Shown here in pieces: positions 41,383 through 51,484 of a DNA stretch of 64,000 nt. The stretch's first letter is position 1. Each line of letters begins with the position of its first letter. The notes under the pieces are model-generated. The model did no database searches, was not told where the DNA came from, and saw nothing but the letters and a program-made list of their open reading frames with translations. The position numbers and the translations under genes were made by a program. The DNA is taken from contig OZ253665.1 in the NCBI GenBank assembly GCA_965263295.1, positions 1,504,001-1,568,000 of the forward strand, given 5' to 3'. This DNA comes from Spirochaetia bacterium (GTDB taxonomy: Bacteria > Spirochaetota > Spirochaetia > SP-2023).

Positions 41383-42420
41383 ATGAAAAGCGTGCTGCAC
41401 TTCTGGCGGCAGAACTGGTTTGTCTGCCTGTTGTGGCTGGTGCTAATTCTGGGCTATGCATGGCCCGAATTGGGCAACAGTATTTCTCGTCACTTACCCG
41501 TAAACGTTTTTCTGACAATACTTATCTTCTTTTGTATCGGCCTGACCTTGCCGAGCGAAGCGCTGTGGCACAATCTTGCGAATTGGAATTTCCACCTGGC
41601 GGTGCAGCTGTTTATATTCATATTTTACCCGCTGCTTTTTTTACTTTTGCTGGGCCTACTCCAGTTTGGGGGCCAGGCTCTCGTTGGGCACGGCCTGTTT
41701 GCCCCACCTTTGCTGCTAGGTTTTGTCGCACTCTCATTACTACCTAGCAGTGTTTCCAGTTGTGTCGTATTTACTAAGGTTTCGGGTGGCAATGAAACTT
41801 TGGCTGTGGTGAATGCCGTGCTGTCCAATATTCTGGGGACTCTGCTGAGCCCATTATTCATCAGTCTGGCGTCTTCTGTGCTGTTCGCTTCGTTGAATGC
41901 TTTGCCCGGTAGCAAAAACGGTGCTGACAGCTCCGCTTTTTCGGAGCTCTTCTGGGGCTTGAGCTGGAAGATTTTTTTGCCGCTCTTGTTGGGGCATCTG
42001 GGTCGACGTTTGGCCCGACACTGGGTACTACGCCAGTTATCCGTGTTAAGTATTGCCAACAATCTGGCGATTGTCTTGATTGTATTCTTTAGTTTTGCGC
42101 GGGCAGCCAGCCAAGACAGTTTTATAGATGCGTTGAAGAGCTCGCCGCTACCATTTTTGTTTTTAGCCCTGGTGCAGCCGCTGATGCTGTGGCTCGCCAA
42201 CATCTGGGCCCGGCTGTTGCGCCAACGACGTCCCGAGCGCATTGCCTTGGGTTTTACGGCCTCTCAAAAAACTATTGCCATGGGGGTACCGCTGTTGAGC
42301 AGCCTGTTTGGCGATTATGCCGACTTGGGCCTGGTGCTGTTTCCCCTCTTATTATACCACCCCTGGCAGCTGATCGTGGCCAGCTTTGCCCGATTGTATT
42401 ACGTGCGCATAAACGAATAG
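41383..42420 (+). CDS. Bile acid:sodium symporter family (SBF-like) transporter
   Basis: LPSSVSSCVVFT, GGN, SNILG, SQKTIAMGVP, YHPWQL. Confidence 0.88.
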   Translation: MKSVLHFWRQNWFVCLLWLVLILGYAWPELGNSISRHLPVNVFLTILIFFCIGLTLPSEALWHNLANWNFHLAVQLFIFIFYPLLFLLLLGLLQFGGQALVGHGLFAPPLLLGFVALSLLPSSVSSCVVFTKVSGGNETLAVVNAVLSNILGTLLSPLFISLASSVLFASLNALPGSKNGADSSAFSELFWGLSWKIFLPLLLGHLGRRLARHWVLRQLSVLSIANNLAIVLIVFFSFARAASQDSFIDALKSSPLPFLFLALVQPLMLWLANIWARLLRQRRPERIALGFTASQKTIAMGVPLLSSLFGDYADLGLVLFPLLLYHPWQLIVASFARLYYVRINE

Positions 42421-42491
42421 GTGCCGGCAAGTCAACTGTGACAGGTCAAAAGGCGTGCTCCTTAATTTTTACTTATTTTTATCGAGGCTTG

Positions 42492-43295
42492 TTATATGCT
42501 CAGCATGGTTTGATCGCCCAGATCGCGTTGCGCTCCGCGCAGCTCATGAAACTTCTCTACTAAATCCTGAGGTTGCAGACCTTGCTTTTCTGTATCACGG
42601 ATATCCAGGATCACTTTTCCCTGATCCATCATTAGCAAACGGTTGCCGTATTCAATCGCCTGGTTCATATCGTGCGTAATCATCATGGCCGTCAGTTGAT
42701 ACTCTCGAATGAAATAGCGCGTCAGTTCCATAACCTTTGCAGCGTTGGCGGGGTCCAGGGCCGCCGTGTGTTCGTCCAGTAAAATCAACTCCGGCGACGA
42801 AAGCACCATCATTAGCAGGGTGATGGCCTGGCGCTGTCCGCCGGAAAACAGTCCGACATTGTCGCTCAAGCGGTTTTCTAGGTTCATGTCCAAATGTTTT
42901 AAGTATTCGCGGAATTGTTCGCGCTTATTGGCATTTAGGCTGATCTTCAAGCCGCGCATTTTCTTGCTGCTGGCAATGCAAAGATTGTGCTCCAGACTCA
43001 TATTGGCCGCGGTACCCAGAGCGGGGTTCTGGAAAATGCGACCGATCAACTTGGCCCTGCGGTGCTCCGCCATGCGTGAAATATTTTGTTCATTTAAAAA
43101 TATTTGCCCGCTGCTCAGTGGGAAATGCCCCGAAATGGCGTTGAACAGGGTCGACTTTCCCGCGCCGTTGGTTCCAATGATGGTGATGAAATCACCGCGT
43201 TTGATCTGCAGCTTACAGGGCTTCAGGGCTATCGTCTCGTCTGCCGTGTTGGGGTAGAAGATCATACAGGCATCTTGCAGACGAATCACAGCCAC
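42492..43295 (-). CDS. ABC transporter ATP-binding protein (aromatic amino-acid importer type)
   Basis: GTNGAGKST, SGGQRQA, LLDEHTAALDP. Confidence 0.9.
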   Translation of the reverse strand: MAVIRLQDACMIFYPNTADETIALKPCKLQIKRGDFITIIGTNGAGKSTLFNAISGHFPLSSGQIFLNEQNISRMAEHRRAKLIGRIFQNPALGTAANMSLEHNLCIASSKKMRGLKISLNANKREQFREYLKHLDMNLENRLSDNVGLFSGGQRQAITLLMMVLSSPELILLDEHTAALDPANAAKVMELTRYFIREYQLTAMMITHDMNQAIEYGNRLLMMDQGKVILDIRDTEKQGLQPQDLVEKFHELRGAQRDLGDQTMLSI

Positions 43296-44332
43296 TCTCC
43301 CTTTCCTTGCGAGACTTCTCCTGTGGCAGAGTGCGTGGTAGCTTCAGCGGCTTCTACTTTAGGTTCCGTAATCTTTAAATGACTCTTCAGCTGCACAACT
43401 GCACGCTTGAGAGCCTGCCCCTGTGCCCGGCGCTTCTGTATCTGGCTAAAACTCAGGAATACGACAATCAGCAGACCGGTCATCAGTTTGATGTCCGTCG
43501 CCAAAAAGCCGATGGAGGCGCCGTGGCGCCGGGCGAGATAAATCAGCGCCTGATACAGTACAGCCCCCAGCAATATGCGTAAAGTGATCCAATATATGCG
43601 GTTGGAATGGATGCAAAATTCGCCCATCATAACGATAGCCAGCCCAGTGATGATGATACCTGTGCCCAGTCCGACATCGGCAAAGCCCTGGTACTGGGCT
43701 AAAAATGCCCCCGAAAGGGCGACTAAGCCGTTGGAAATCCCCAAACCAATGCCTTTGAGCAGGCGGGGATTCAAGCCGTAGCTAACAACCATCTGCTGGT
43801 TCCCGCCCATGGCGCCCAGGGCAATGCCCAAGTCGGTGAGGAAGAACAAATCGAGAACCACCAACAGCACGGCCATAAACAAAATTGCAGAACTGACGAG
43901 TAGCACGGCCTGAGCGGCCAATGGGTCCAGGCTGTGCAGTTGCAATACTGCAAATTCGCGCAGTCGGCTAAAAATGGGCTGGGTCTCCACATTCAACAGG
44001 GAAAGATTGGGCCTGCCTAGAATACGGATGTTGACTGAGTACAAGATCATCATAGTCAAAATACCGGCCAGCAAACCGGGAACCTTGAGGTAATTGTGGA
44101 TTAGCGCGGTACAGACACCCGCAACGACGCCGCAAACAACGGCAAGAAAAAAACCTGACCACAGCGGCAGCCCTGCGGCGAGGCTGATACCCATTACCAC
44201 CGCACCTAGCGGGAAGCTGCCTTCCACAGTTAAGTCGGGAAAGTCCAGAATACGAAAAGTTATAAATACGCCGAGGGCGGTGATACTATAAATCGCAGCG
44301 CCAACGACGATAGCTTCAAGAATCCCAAGCAA
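43286..44332 (-). CDS. ABC transporter permease
   Basis: FRILDFPDLTVEGSFPLG, LLAGIL, QYQGFADV. Confidence 0.9.
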   Translation of the reverse strand: MLGILEAIVVGAAIYSITALGVFITFRILDFPDLTVEGSFPLGAVVMGISLAAGLPLWSGFFLAVVCGVVAGVCTALIHNYLKVPGLLAGILTMMILYSVNIRILGRPNLSLLNVETQPIFSRLREFAVLQLHSLDPLAAQAVLLVSSAILFMAVLLVVLDLFFLTDLGIALGAMGGNQQMVVSYGLNPRLLKGIGLGISNGLVALSGAFLAQYQGFADVGLGTGIIITGLAIVMMGEFCIHSNRIYWITLRILLGAVLYQALIYLARRHGASIGFLATDIKLMTGLLIVVFLSFSQIQKRRAQGQALKRAVVQLKSHLKITEPKVEAAEATTHSATGEVSQGKGEWL

Positions 44333-44368
44333 AACTTTACTCCCTGGTCGCGGATTTCAATCCGAGAG

Positions 44369-45349
44369 TTATTCTTGAGCCAATGAAGATATGTCTTCGG
44401 GAACGCTCAAGCCCAGTTCGGCCAGTAGTTCTTGGTTTAGCCATAAAGTCTGGTACTCCAGGCCGAGGTAGTTAATATTTCTATCGAATACAGTTTCGTC
44501 GCCTTCAAGATAGCGTGCGACCAGCTCTCCCGTAGCCTTACCCATGCTGGCGTAATCAAAGCCCATAGCCAGGGCTACCTTGTTTGCCGGCGCAGAGCTC
44601 GGGTCGGCCGTGTACAATGGAATCTGATTCATGTGGGCAACTTCACCCACGGCCGACAGCGCGGAGATAACTTTGTTATCCACCGTGACATAAAAAGCGT
44701 CCACTTTATCGATAATGCTCAAAGTCGCATCGCGGACTTCGGCGGTATTGGTGACGGCTACAGAGATCAGTTGTATGCCATTAGCTTCGGCCACTTTGGC
44801 TGTCATTTCATTTAACGCACGAGAATTATCTTCGTCGCTACTGTATATCTGTCCCAGTGTCTGTAAGTCCGGCTGGATACGTCTAATTGTGGCGATGTGG
44901 TCTTCAATTGGGGTAAGATCGGAGTAGCCGGTGATCTGCATGCCGGCTGTTCCGACCTTACTGAACAGGCCGGCGCCTTCAGGATCGGTAATGGCGCTAT
45001 AAAAAATCGGGATGCCGCTGAGGTTCTGCACCAGGGCCTGGGTTGTCGGGGTGGCAATGCCAATAGCCAGATCTACTTTTTTGTTCTGGAATAGCTGGGC
45101 GATGGAGTTTGCGGCACTGGCCTCGCCGTTGGCATTCTGCAGGTCAAACTCGACATTTTTGCCCGATTTTTCGATGCTTTCTACGATATTGCTTTCTATA
45201 GCATCTAGTGCCGGATGAGACATAATTTTGCAAATGCCAATAGTAATGACTTCGGATTCAGGTTCTACATTAGCGGCTGCCTTGCGGCTACAACTGGCTA
45301 ATAAAACTAAATTTAAAATAAAAATAGCAGGTACGGTGTAATTTTTCAT
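44369..45349 (-). CDS. ABC substrate-binding lipoprotein (Trp/Tyr-binding type)
   Basis: LLASC lipobox, SHPALD, QNANGE, IATP, SAITDP. Confidence 0.88.
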   Translation of the reverse strand: MKNYTVPAIFILNLVLLASCSRKAAANVEPESEVITIGICKIMSHPALDAIESNIVESIEKSGKNVEFDLQNANGEASAANSIAQLFQNKKVDLAIGIATPTTQALVQNLSGIPIFYSAITDPEGAGLFSKVGTAGMQITGYSDLTPIEDHIATIRRIQPDLQTLGQIYSSDEDNSRALNEMTAKVAEANGIQLISVAVTNTAEVRDATLSIIDKVDAFYVTVDNKVISALSAVGEVAHMNQIPLYTADPSSAPANKVALAMGFDYASMGKATGELVARYLEGDETVFDRNINYLGLEYQTLWLNQELLAELGLSVPEDISSLAQE

Positions 45350-45510
45350 CTCATTTTTCCTATGATATTCGGATGGAGTAGAATTGAGAGCTGATCATAA
45401 TTCATTCAATTTTCTTTGTCAAAAGTGGCAGCAGGTACGTCCTGGGCATAGTCTAAGCGGCATGAACTATAGCTCGCATTCCTGGCATGTTTTTTGCGCT
45501 CCAGAAAGGC

Positions 45511-46500
45511 CTAGAAAGTCTTGTGCTGCTGCCAGTGCCAGGCCGAGGCCACGATATCGTGCAGGCTGCGTTTCGGCTTCCAGCCGAGGTCGCGCCGTGC
45601 TTTGTCGCTGTCGGCGATCAGGCGCGCCGGGTCGCCGGGCCGGGCCGCTCCGATCTCGACCGCAAAGTCGATGCCCGACACCTCTTTGGCTTTGGCTATG
45701 ACTTCCAATACCGAATGGCCGCAGCCATTACCCAAGTTATAGTCGGCAGACTCATCGTCTTTAAGCATTTTTTCCAGCCCCAAAGTATGGGCTTCCGCCA
45801 GGTCGTTGACGTGGATAAAATCGCGCATGCATGAGCCGTCTGGCGTCGGCCAATCTCCGCCATAGACCGTGACTTTCTCGCGTTTTCCCACGGCTGTCTC
45901 CAGTACTGTCGAAATTAAATGTGTCGCCGGCTGATAAGACTGCCCAATTTTACCGGCCTCGTCGGCACCGCAGGCATTGAAATAGCGCAAAATGCTAGAC
46001 TTCAATCCATAGGCATGGTCGTAATCTTTGAGCATCCATTCTACCATCAGTTTACTGCGACCATAGGGGTTGATTGGCTGCTGGGGATGGCGTTCGTCAA
46101 TCTTTTCGGTCTGAGGGTTGCCAAAGGTTGCGGCAGTGGAACTAAAGACAAAATACTTTAAGCTACAGTCGCGCATGGCTGATAACAGGCGCTGCACTTT
46201 AATAAAATTGTTCTCGTAATAGCTGGCCGGATCAGACACCGAAGTCCCGACCTCAATAAAAGCGGCAAAGTGCATAACCAGGTCAATTTGATAATGCTTG
46301 AGTACGCGAACCACATTGTCATAGTCGCCCAGATCGCCCTGTTCAAACGGGATATTGCAGGAAATGGCGCTCACTGCCGCGCGATGGCCTTTGCTCAAGT
46401 CGTCGTAGACCACTATTTTATGTCGAGTATTTTTCATCAGGTAATTCACGGTGTGTGAGCCAATATAGCCTGCACCACCGACTACCAGAATATTTGCCAT
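45511..46500 (-). CDS. galE: UDP-glucose 4-epimerase
   Basis: GGAGYIGSH, HFAA, FSST, YGRSK, LRYFN, RDFIHV. Confidence 0.96.
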   Translation of the reverse strand: MANILVVGGAGYIGSHTVNYLMKNTRHKIVVYDDLSKGHRAAVSAISCNIPFEQGDLGDYDNVVRVLKHYQIDLVMHFAAFIEVGTSVSDPASYYENNFIKVQRLLSAMRDCSLKYFVFSSTAATFGNPQTEKIDERHPQQPINPYGRSKLMVEWMLKDYDHAYGLKSSILRYFNACGADEAGKIGQSYQPATHLISTVLETAVGKREKVTVYGGDWPTPDGSCMRDFIHVNDLAEAHTLGLEKMLKDDESADYNLGNGCGHSVLEVIAKAKEVSGIDFAVEIGAARPGDPARLIADSDKARRDLGWKPKRSLHDIVASAWHWQQHKTF

Positions 46501-47132
46501 GTTTTGCCTTCCTTATAAGTGTAAAAAATTTATTTTAATTATAAACCAGACTTTTTGCCATCTGTATGTTTGTCACAGATTCACCGGTAATTATATAATA
46601 ATTATACAATCAGAATTTGATTGCCTTTGTGACTCAGGTTTAAGGGCGACAAACAGAATGTGGGTTTATCGCCTCGGTTTATCATTTAAGTTTATCATTT
46701 TTATGGGGGGCCGTTTGATTCTTGCGATTCCTACGCCCGTGATTTCTCAGACTGAAATACAAAAGTTAGAGGCATGCGGTCCCTTGAAAAACCTTGAAAA
46801 ACCTTGATTATTCCACTATATGACCTTTGACTTTTTTTTGCTACAGAATTTAAAACCTTTATTAGGAATTTTCAATCCTACTCTAATCTGCAAGCTTGCA
46901 ATTCCTGATCCAGAATTCAATAGCTTGGGCATAATTAAAGCCAGATTTGAAAGTCGTTATGACTGTGAGAAAGCGAGGAACTGCTCCGAGAGGCCCGGTC
47001 TGATGCTGGTGTCTACCCTAGATTTTAACCGCCCGGTCCTTTGGCCAATTGGTCTGTGGCTGGACTAGCTCAAGATTCCATAATTGTCGTTCAGCCTTTT
47101 ATATGAATGTAGGGATAAAGCGGGAATTTTGA

Positions 47133-47162
47133 TTGACAAAGCTAGTTTTTTTTCACTACAAT
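47133..47162 (+). promoter_or_regulatory. Putative sigma70 promoter of the rpsF operon
   Basis: TTGACA-18 bp-TACAAT. Confidence 0.6.
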
Positions 47163-47266
47163 CGGGTAGATTTCCGTTCCTCTTTATTTATCTGGTTTTG
47201 CCTTGTAAGGCTGTAAGTCTTATTTATGGATACCTTGGATAAATCAAAGGCCATAAGGAGGTATAG

Positions 47267-47542
47267 GTGGAACAATATGAACTTACTTTGCTATTTAGCA
47301 TAAGAGATTCCCACTACGAAACGGGTAGTGAAGAAGTCCGCGCGATTGTGCGTAAAATAAATGGAATCATATCCCAAGAAGAGGATATGGGTGAGCGCCC
47401 GTTGGCTTATCCGGTCCGCAAAGAAGAACATGGTCACTATATTTTCTGGCATGTCGAACTGGCCGGCAGTGCCGTGGGAGCTTTGAAAGAAGCCTTGCAA
47501 ACCCACGTCTCTGTGCTCAAGTTCTTGTTGATCAAAAAGTGA
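47267..47542 (+). CDS. rpsF: 30S ribosomal protein S6
   Basis: YEL, MGERPLAYPV, GHY; SD AAGGAGG; synteny with ssb and rpsR. Confidence 0.93.
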   Translation: MEQYELTLLFSIRDSHYETGSEEVRAIVRKINGIISQEEDMGERPLAYPVRKEEHGHYIFWHVELAGSAVGALKEALQTHVSVLKFLLIKK

Positions 47543-47563
47543 TCTGGAGAGAAGGGCACTATT

Positions 47564-48067
47564 ATGGCCGAAGATCTAAATAACGTATTCCTAGTTGGCC
47601 GCCTGACCCGTGACATGGATTTATCCCACACCGCCGGCGGTTATCCGATAGGTAAATTGTCCGTTGCGGTAAATCGTCGGCGCAAGAGCGGCGAGCAGTG
47701 GGAAGATGAGGCTAATTTCTTTGATCTGACCCTATGGGGGAAACGGGCCGAGGCTCTGCAGCGTTACCTGGTGAAAGGTACTCAGGTTGCGGTGCAAGGG
47801 CAGTTGAAACAGGACCGATGGGAGCAGGACGGACAGAAACGCAGCCGCGTTGTAATTGAATTGAACAATATTCAGCTGGTGGGTGGCCGTGGCGCGGGAG
47901 GAGAACATTATGGCTCTGGCGGCCCGGCGTCGGCTTATTCCGCTGCGCCTTCATCCTATGCACCAGCCCCTTCTGGTACGGGCTTTAAACCCGCTCCGTC
48001 AGCACCTAATAATGCCCCTCCCTCAATCCCTGTGGAGGGCGACTTTGAGGACGATATTCCTTTTTAA
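47564..48067 (+). CDS. ssb: Single-stranded DNA-binding protein
   Basis: NNVFLVGRLTRD, C-terminal DDIPF. Confidence 0.98.
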   Translation: MAEDLNNVFLVGRLTRDMDLSHTAGGYPIGKLSVAVNRRRKSGEQWEDEANFFDLTLWGKRAEALQRYLVKGTQVAVQGQLKQDRWEQDGQKRSRVVIELNNIQLVGGRGAGGEHYGSGGPASAYSAAPSSYAPAPSGTGFKPAPSAPNNAPPSIPVEGDFEDDIPF

Positions 48068-48089
48068 TACCACATAGAGGTTAAATAAT

Positions 48090-48422
48090 ATGAGTACAGA
48101 AACTGAAGTTACCGAGAGGAAACTGGAGCAAAACACGGGTGGCACTGGCTCCGATGGTGCGCGCCCCGAAGGTGGTACGCGCCCTGAGCGCCGTTTTAAC
48201 AACCGCCGCCGCTTTCAATCACGGCGTAAAGTTTGCCGCTTTTGCAAGAAAACTGCAACCATGGACTATCGTGATCCCGATGGCTTGAAGCGTTTTATTA
48301 CCGAGCGTGGCAAGATCCTGCCGCGCCGCATCACCGGCACCTGTGCCAAGCATCAGCGTCAGCTGGCGACAACGATCAAGCGTGCCCGCGTACTTGCCCT
48401 GCTGCCATTTGTCGCCAAATAA
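48090..48422 (+). CDS. rpsR: 30S ribosomal protein S18 (Zn-binding type)
   Basis: [27 protein letters not shown]. Confidence 0.98.
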   Translation: MSTETEVTERKLEQNTGGTGSDGARPEGGTRPERRFNNRRRFQSRRKVCRFCKKTATMDYRDPDGLKRFITERGKILPRRITGTCAKHQRQLATTIKRARVLALLPFVAK

Positions 48423-48466
48423 AGACATTTAAGGTTATTGAATATCCTTGAGCAACGGAGTAAAGA

Positions 48467-49051
48467 ATGAAGATTATTTTGAACAAAGACGTTAAAAACT
48501 TGGGTGAAGAAGGCAATGTTTGCGAAGTAAAAGATGGCTATGCACGTAACTTTTTGCTGCCTCAAGGATTTGCCGTTCCCTATAACCGTTTGAACGTCAA
48601 CAACTTTAAGGCTAAGGCGGCAGCCATTGCGCTGCGCAAAGAGCAGAAGCGCCAACAAGCTCTGGGCCTTAAAGAGCGCCTCGAAAAAGAAGTATTGCTT
48701 GAAATTGTGATGCCATCGGCCGACGGCGGCCGCCTGTTCGGTGCCGTAAGCAACGCCACAATTGCAGAGCAGTTGGCCCACCAAGGGATTAACTTGGAAC
48801 GCAAACGCATCGAGGTTCCTGGGCGCAGTATCAAGGTCATTGGCAATTATACGGCAAAAGTCCGACTTTATGATGGAGAGACTGCAGCTCTAAAAGTGAT
48901 TGTGCGCAGCCTTGAGGCCCAGAAGAAGGCTGAAAAAGAAGCTGAAGAAGCCGCTTTGGGGGCACAAGAGGCAGAGGCTGCCGGTCAGGACGGCGCAGTT
49001 CCCGCTGCCGATGAAGGTGCGGAAGCGACTGTAGAGCTAGATAAGAGTTGA
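48467..49051 (+). CDS. rplI: 50S ribosomal protein L9
   Basis: MKIIL..DVKNLG, VKDGYARNFLLP, GRLFGAVS. Confidence 0.97.
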   Translation: MKIILNKDVKNLGEEGNVCEVKDGYARNFLLPQGFAVPYNRLNVNNFKAKAAAIALRKEQKRQQALGLKERLEKEVLLEIVMPSADGGRLFGAVSNATIAEQLAHQGINLERKRIEVPGRSIKVIGNYTAKVRLYDGETAALKVIVRSLEAQKKAEKEAEEAALGAQEAEAAGQDGAVPAADEGAEATVELDKS

Positions 49052-49178
49052 GCTCGGTTCTAACTGTCGATAGATTTTTTCCCGTTATTCATCGCAGTCG
49101 CTCTTGTCTCTGGCCATATCCATTTTCATGGCCATTTTCATGTGGCAGCCTGGGGACTAGTTCTGGAATGTTGGCGCT

Positions 49179-50855
49179 ATGGTAGAGAGCACGACTGGGC
49201 CAGTGAATTCTGAAAGCCAAGCTGTAGAAGCTGCTGCGGCACAAGCTGTGGCACAGGCGAGCCCGGCAAAACCGCTCGCGCCGATGGCGCGAGAAAACCG
49301 AGAAAATCAAGAAAAATCTGGGCATCCTGAGCATCGGGAAACAAAGCATGAGACTTCGCTGCCGGATGAATTGTCCCCTACCCCTCCTATGAAAAATTCT
49401 CTGATAACGGAGAGTCGCAGAGCGGGGGCGCCGAGCGAGCCGCTGGGCCATGGGCCTCTGGCCCCCGCTGTGGGAGAACCTGATCAGAGCGGAGTGCGGC
49501 CACCTAGCCCGTCACGCCAAAATCAGTTGCCGCCGTATGACCTGGAGCTTGAAAGTTCCGCTCTGGGAGCCTTGTTGTTCAATTCCAATGTCGATCAGCG
49601 CGATGAATTCTTTGGCCAACTGCACGAACACGACTTCTTCAAGCGGGCCCATCAGATTATTTTTAGCGTGCTGCGCGACCTGCACCAGAAAGTTGAGGCC
49701 ATTGATCTGACGACGTTGAGCGAGGAGCTCCGCGCGCGAGGTCTCCTGGGCAATGTGGGGGGGCTGTCGTACATAGCTTCCCTGACTTTGAATATCCCCA
49801 GCAGCGTGAATCTCCCCTACTATGCCCAACAGATCCACAGTTATAGTATACGGCGCCAGCTACTTTCGCTCGCCCAAGACTTGACTCATCAGACCTACAA
49901 GTATGACACCGCGACCAAGCAGATTCTCGCCGATACCGAGAAACGTGTGCTGGCTCTAGCGGAGCAAGGCCATGACCTGCACCAGTTTCTCGACGCGCCC
50001 ACGCTGGTGCAACGCACGTTCGAGTTGATTGAAGAGCGGGTGAAAAATCAGAACCAGTTCACGGGGATTGAATCGGGCTTTACCGATTTGGACCGCATGA
50101 CCTTGGGGTTTCAACGCTCGGAAATGATCATTATTGGCGCGCGGCCTTCGGTGGGGAAAACGGCGTTGTGCTTGTCGATGATTTTACATATTGCCGCGTT
50201 GAAACGCGTTCCCGTCGGAATATTTTCACTGGAAATGAATGGCGTTTCGCTGATGGAGAGGCTTTTGGCGGCTCAGGCCCAAGTCAACTCCCACCACTTG
50301 CGCAGTGGCTTGCTCGGAAACAAGGAGCGCCATAAGCTGATCGAGCAAGTAGATCATTTGTATAAGGCGCCAATTTATATTGACGACACGCCCAATATCC
50401 CGCTGCTGGACTTGCGGACTCGGTCGCGCCGGATGATACACCGCCACGGTGTAAAAATTATCTTTATCGACTATTTGGGTCTGATTGTCACTAATAGCGT
50501 CAACCAGCCGCGCCACGAACAGATGGCAGAAATTAGCATGAATATCAAAGCTTTAGCCCGTGAGCTGGATGTGCCCGTGATCGCATTGTCGCAGGTGGGA
50601 CGCCAGACCGAAGGCAAGGCGCCTGGTTTATCCGACTTGCGCGGCTCTGGCGCCTTGGAACAGGATGCGGATGTCGTAATGTATTTGCATCGGGACCGCA
50701 GTCCGGGCTTGCGCGAAATGGATTCTGCGCCCGAAGATTTTCGCACTGAGCTGATTGTGGCCAAGCAGCGCAACGGACCTGTCGGCACGGTGGAACTTTT
50801 ATTTGTACCACAGTTCGCTCGCTTTGTGTCCTGGCATGACGGCCCGCCGCTTTGA
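49179..50855 (+). CDS. dnaB: Replicative DNA helicase with ~115-aa low-complexity N-terminal extension (start uncertain)
   Basis: GARPSVGKT, FSLEM, IFIDYL, LSDLRGSGALEQDAD, KQRNGPVG. Confidence 0.96.
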   Translation: MVESTTGPVNSESQAVEAAAAQAVAQASPAKPLAPMARENRENQEKSGHPEHRETKHETSLPDELSPTPPMKNSLITESRRAGAPSEPLGHGPLAPAVGEPDQSGVRPPSPSRQNQLPPYDLELESSALGALLFNSNVDQRDEFFGQLHEHDFFKRAHQIIFSVLRDLHQKVEAIDLTTLSEELRARGLLGNVGGLSYIASLTLNIPSSVNLPYYAQQIHSYSIRRQLLSLAQDLTHQTYKYDTATKQILADTEKRVLALAEQGHDLHQFLDAPTLVQRTFELIEERVKNQNQFTGIESGFTDLDRMTLGFQRSEMIIIGARPSVGKTALCLSMILHIAALKRVPVGIFSLEMNGVSLMERLLAAQAQVNSHHLRSGLLGNKERHKLIEQVDHLYKAPIYIDDTPNIPLLDLRTRSRRMIHRHGVKIIFIDYLGLIVTNSVNQPRHEQMAEISMNIKALARELDVPVIALSQVGRQTEGKAPGLSDLRGSGALEQDADVVMYLHRDRSPGLREMDSAPEDFRTELIVAKQRNGPVGTVELLFVPQFARFVSWHDGPPL

Positions 50856-50930
50856 GGTGAAGTTTTGCGGCAAAGTCTTGTAGCAAATTATTTTAGAATA
50901 TAGAGTTCTGTGTGTTTAGGTACAAAAATA

Positions 50931-50957
50931 TAAAGTTCCGTCATTGTAGACCGAGAA
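50931..50957 (+). promoter_or_regulatory. Putative sigma28 (FliA) promoter upstream of fliS
   Basis: TAAA-15 bp-ACCGAGAA versus consensus TAAA-N15-GCCGATAA. Confidence 0.5.
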
Positions 50958-51035
50958 TGGATAAAATTGGTAAAATTGGGTCTCTGTGAGGCAATGGCGG
51001 GGGCCTGAAAAGCCAGGCTGAAATAAGGAGAGAAC

Positions 51036-51452
51036 ATGTATCAGGATTTGCAGAAGTATCGCAGTAACGATGTCGTTACCGCAAACCAGGGGCGTCTGAT
51101 TGTCATGCTTTACGACGGTCTGATCAAGCAAATTGACTTGGGAACGGAAGAGTTGGGGCAAACAAAACCGCGCCTGGATGTGGTCAACAATGCCTTGTCC
51201 AAAGCCCAGCAGATTATTAACGAACTGCAGATTTCTCTCGACATGGAGCAAGGTGGGCAGATCGCCCAGAGTCTGCTGAGTTTGTATCGTTTTTTCAACC
51301 AGATTCTAGTGCAGGCGAATATTCGCAAAAACGCCGCGGGACTGAGCGCAATTCGCCAACAAATTGTCGACTTGCGCACCGCCTGGGCAGATATCCAGCT
51401 CATTCAGCGCGAGGCCCCCAGGCCGTCGGCGGGCGTCAATATTGCCGGTTAA
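51036..51452 (+). CDS. fliS: Flagellar export chaperone FliS
   Basis: VTANQGRLIVMLYDG, KAQQIINEL..SLDMEQGGQIA..LLSLY, LRTAW. Confidence 0.95.
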   Translation: MYQDLQKYRSNDVVTANQGRLIVMLYDGLIKQIDLGTEELGQTKPRLDVVNNALSKAQQIINELQISLDMEQGGQIAQSLLSLYRFFNQILVQANIRKNAAGLSAIRQQIVDLRTAWADIQLIQREAPRPSAGVNIAG

Positions 51453-51484
51453 GCCCTGTATATAAATTAAACAAGGAGGAATAA

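Noticed and set aside
46820..47068. 82-aa ORF upstream of rpsF
   Set aside because: No SD or recognisable motif; cannot be supported.
8643..50886. Many 60-240 aa antisense or alternate-frame ORFs overlapping housekeeping genes
   Set aside because: Shadow ORFs expected at this GC content; the frames called as features carry clear family motifs.
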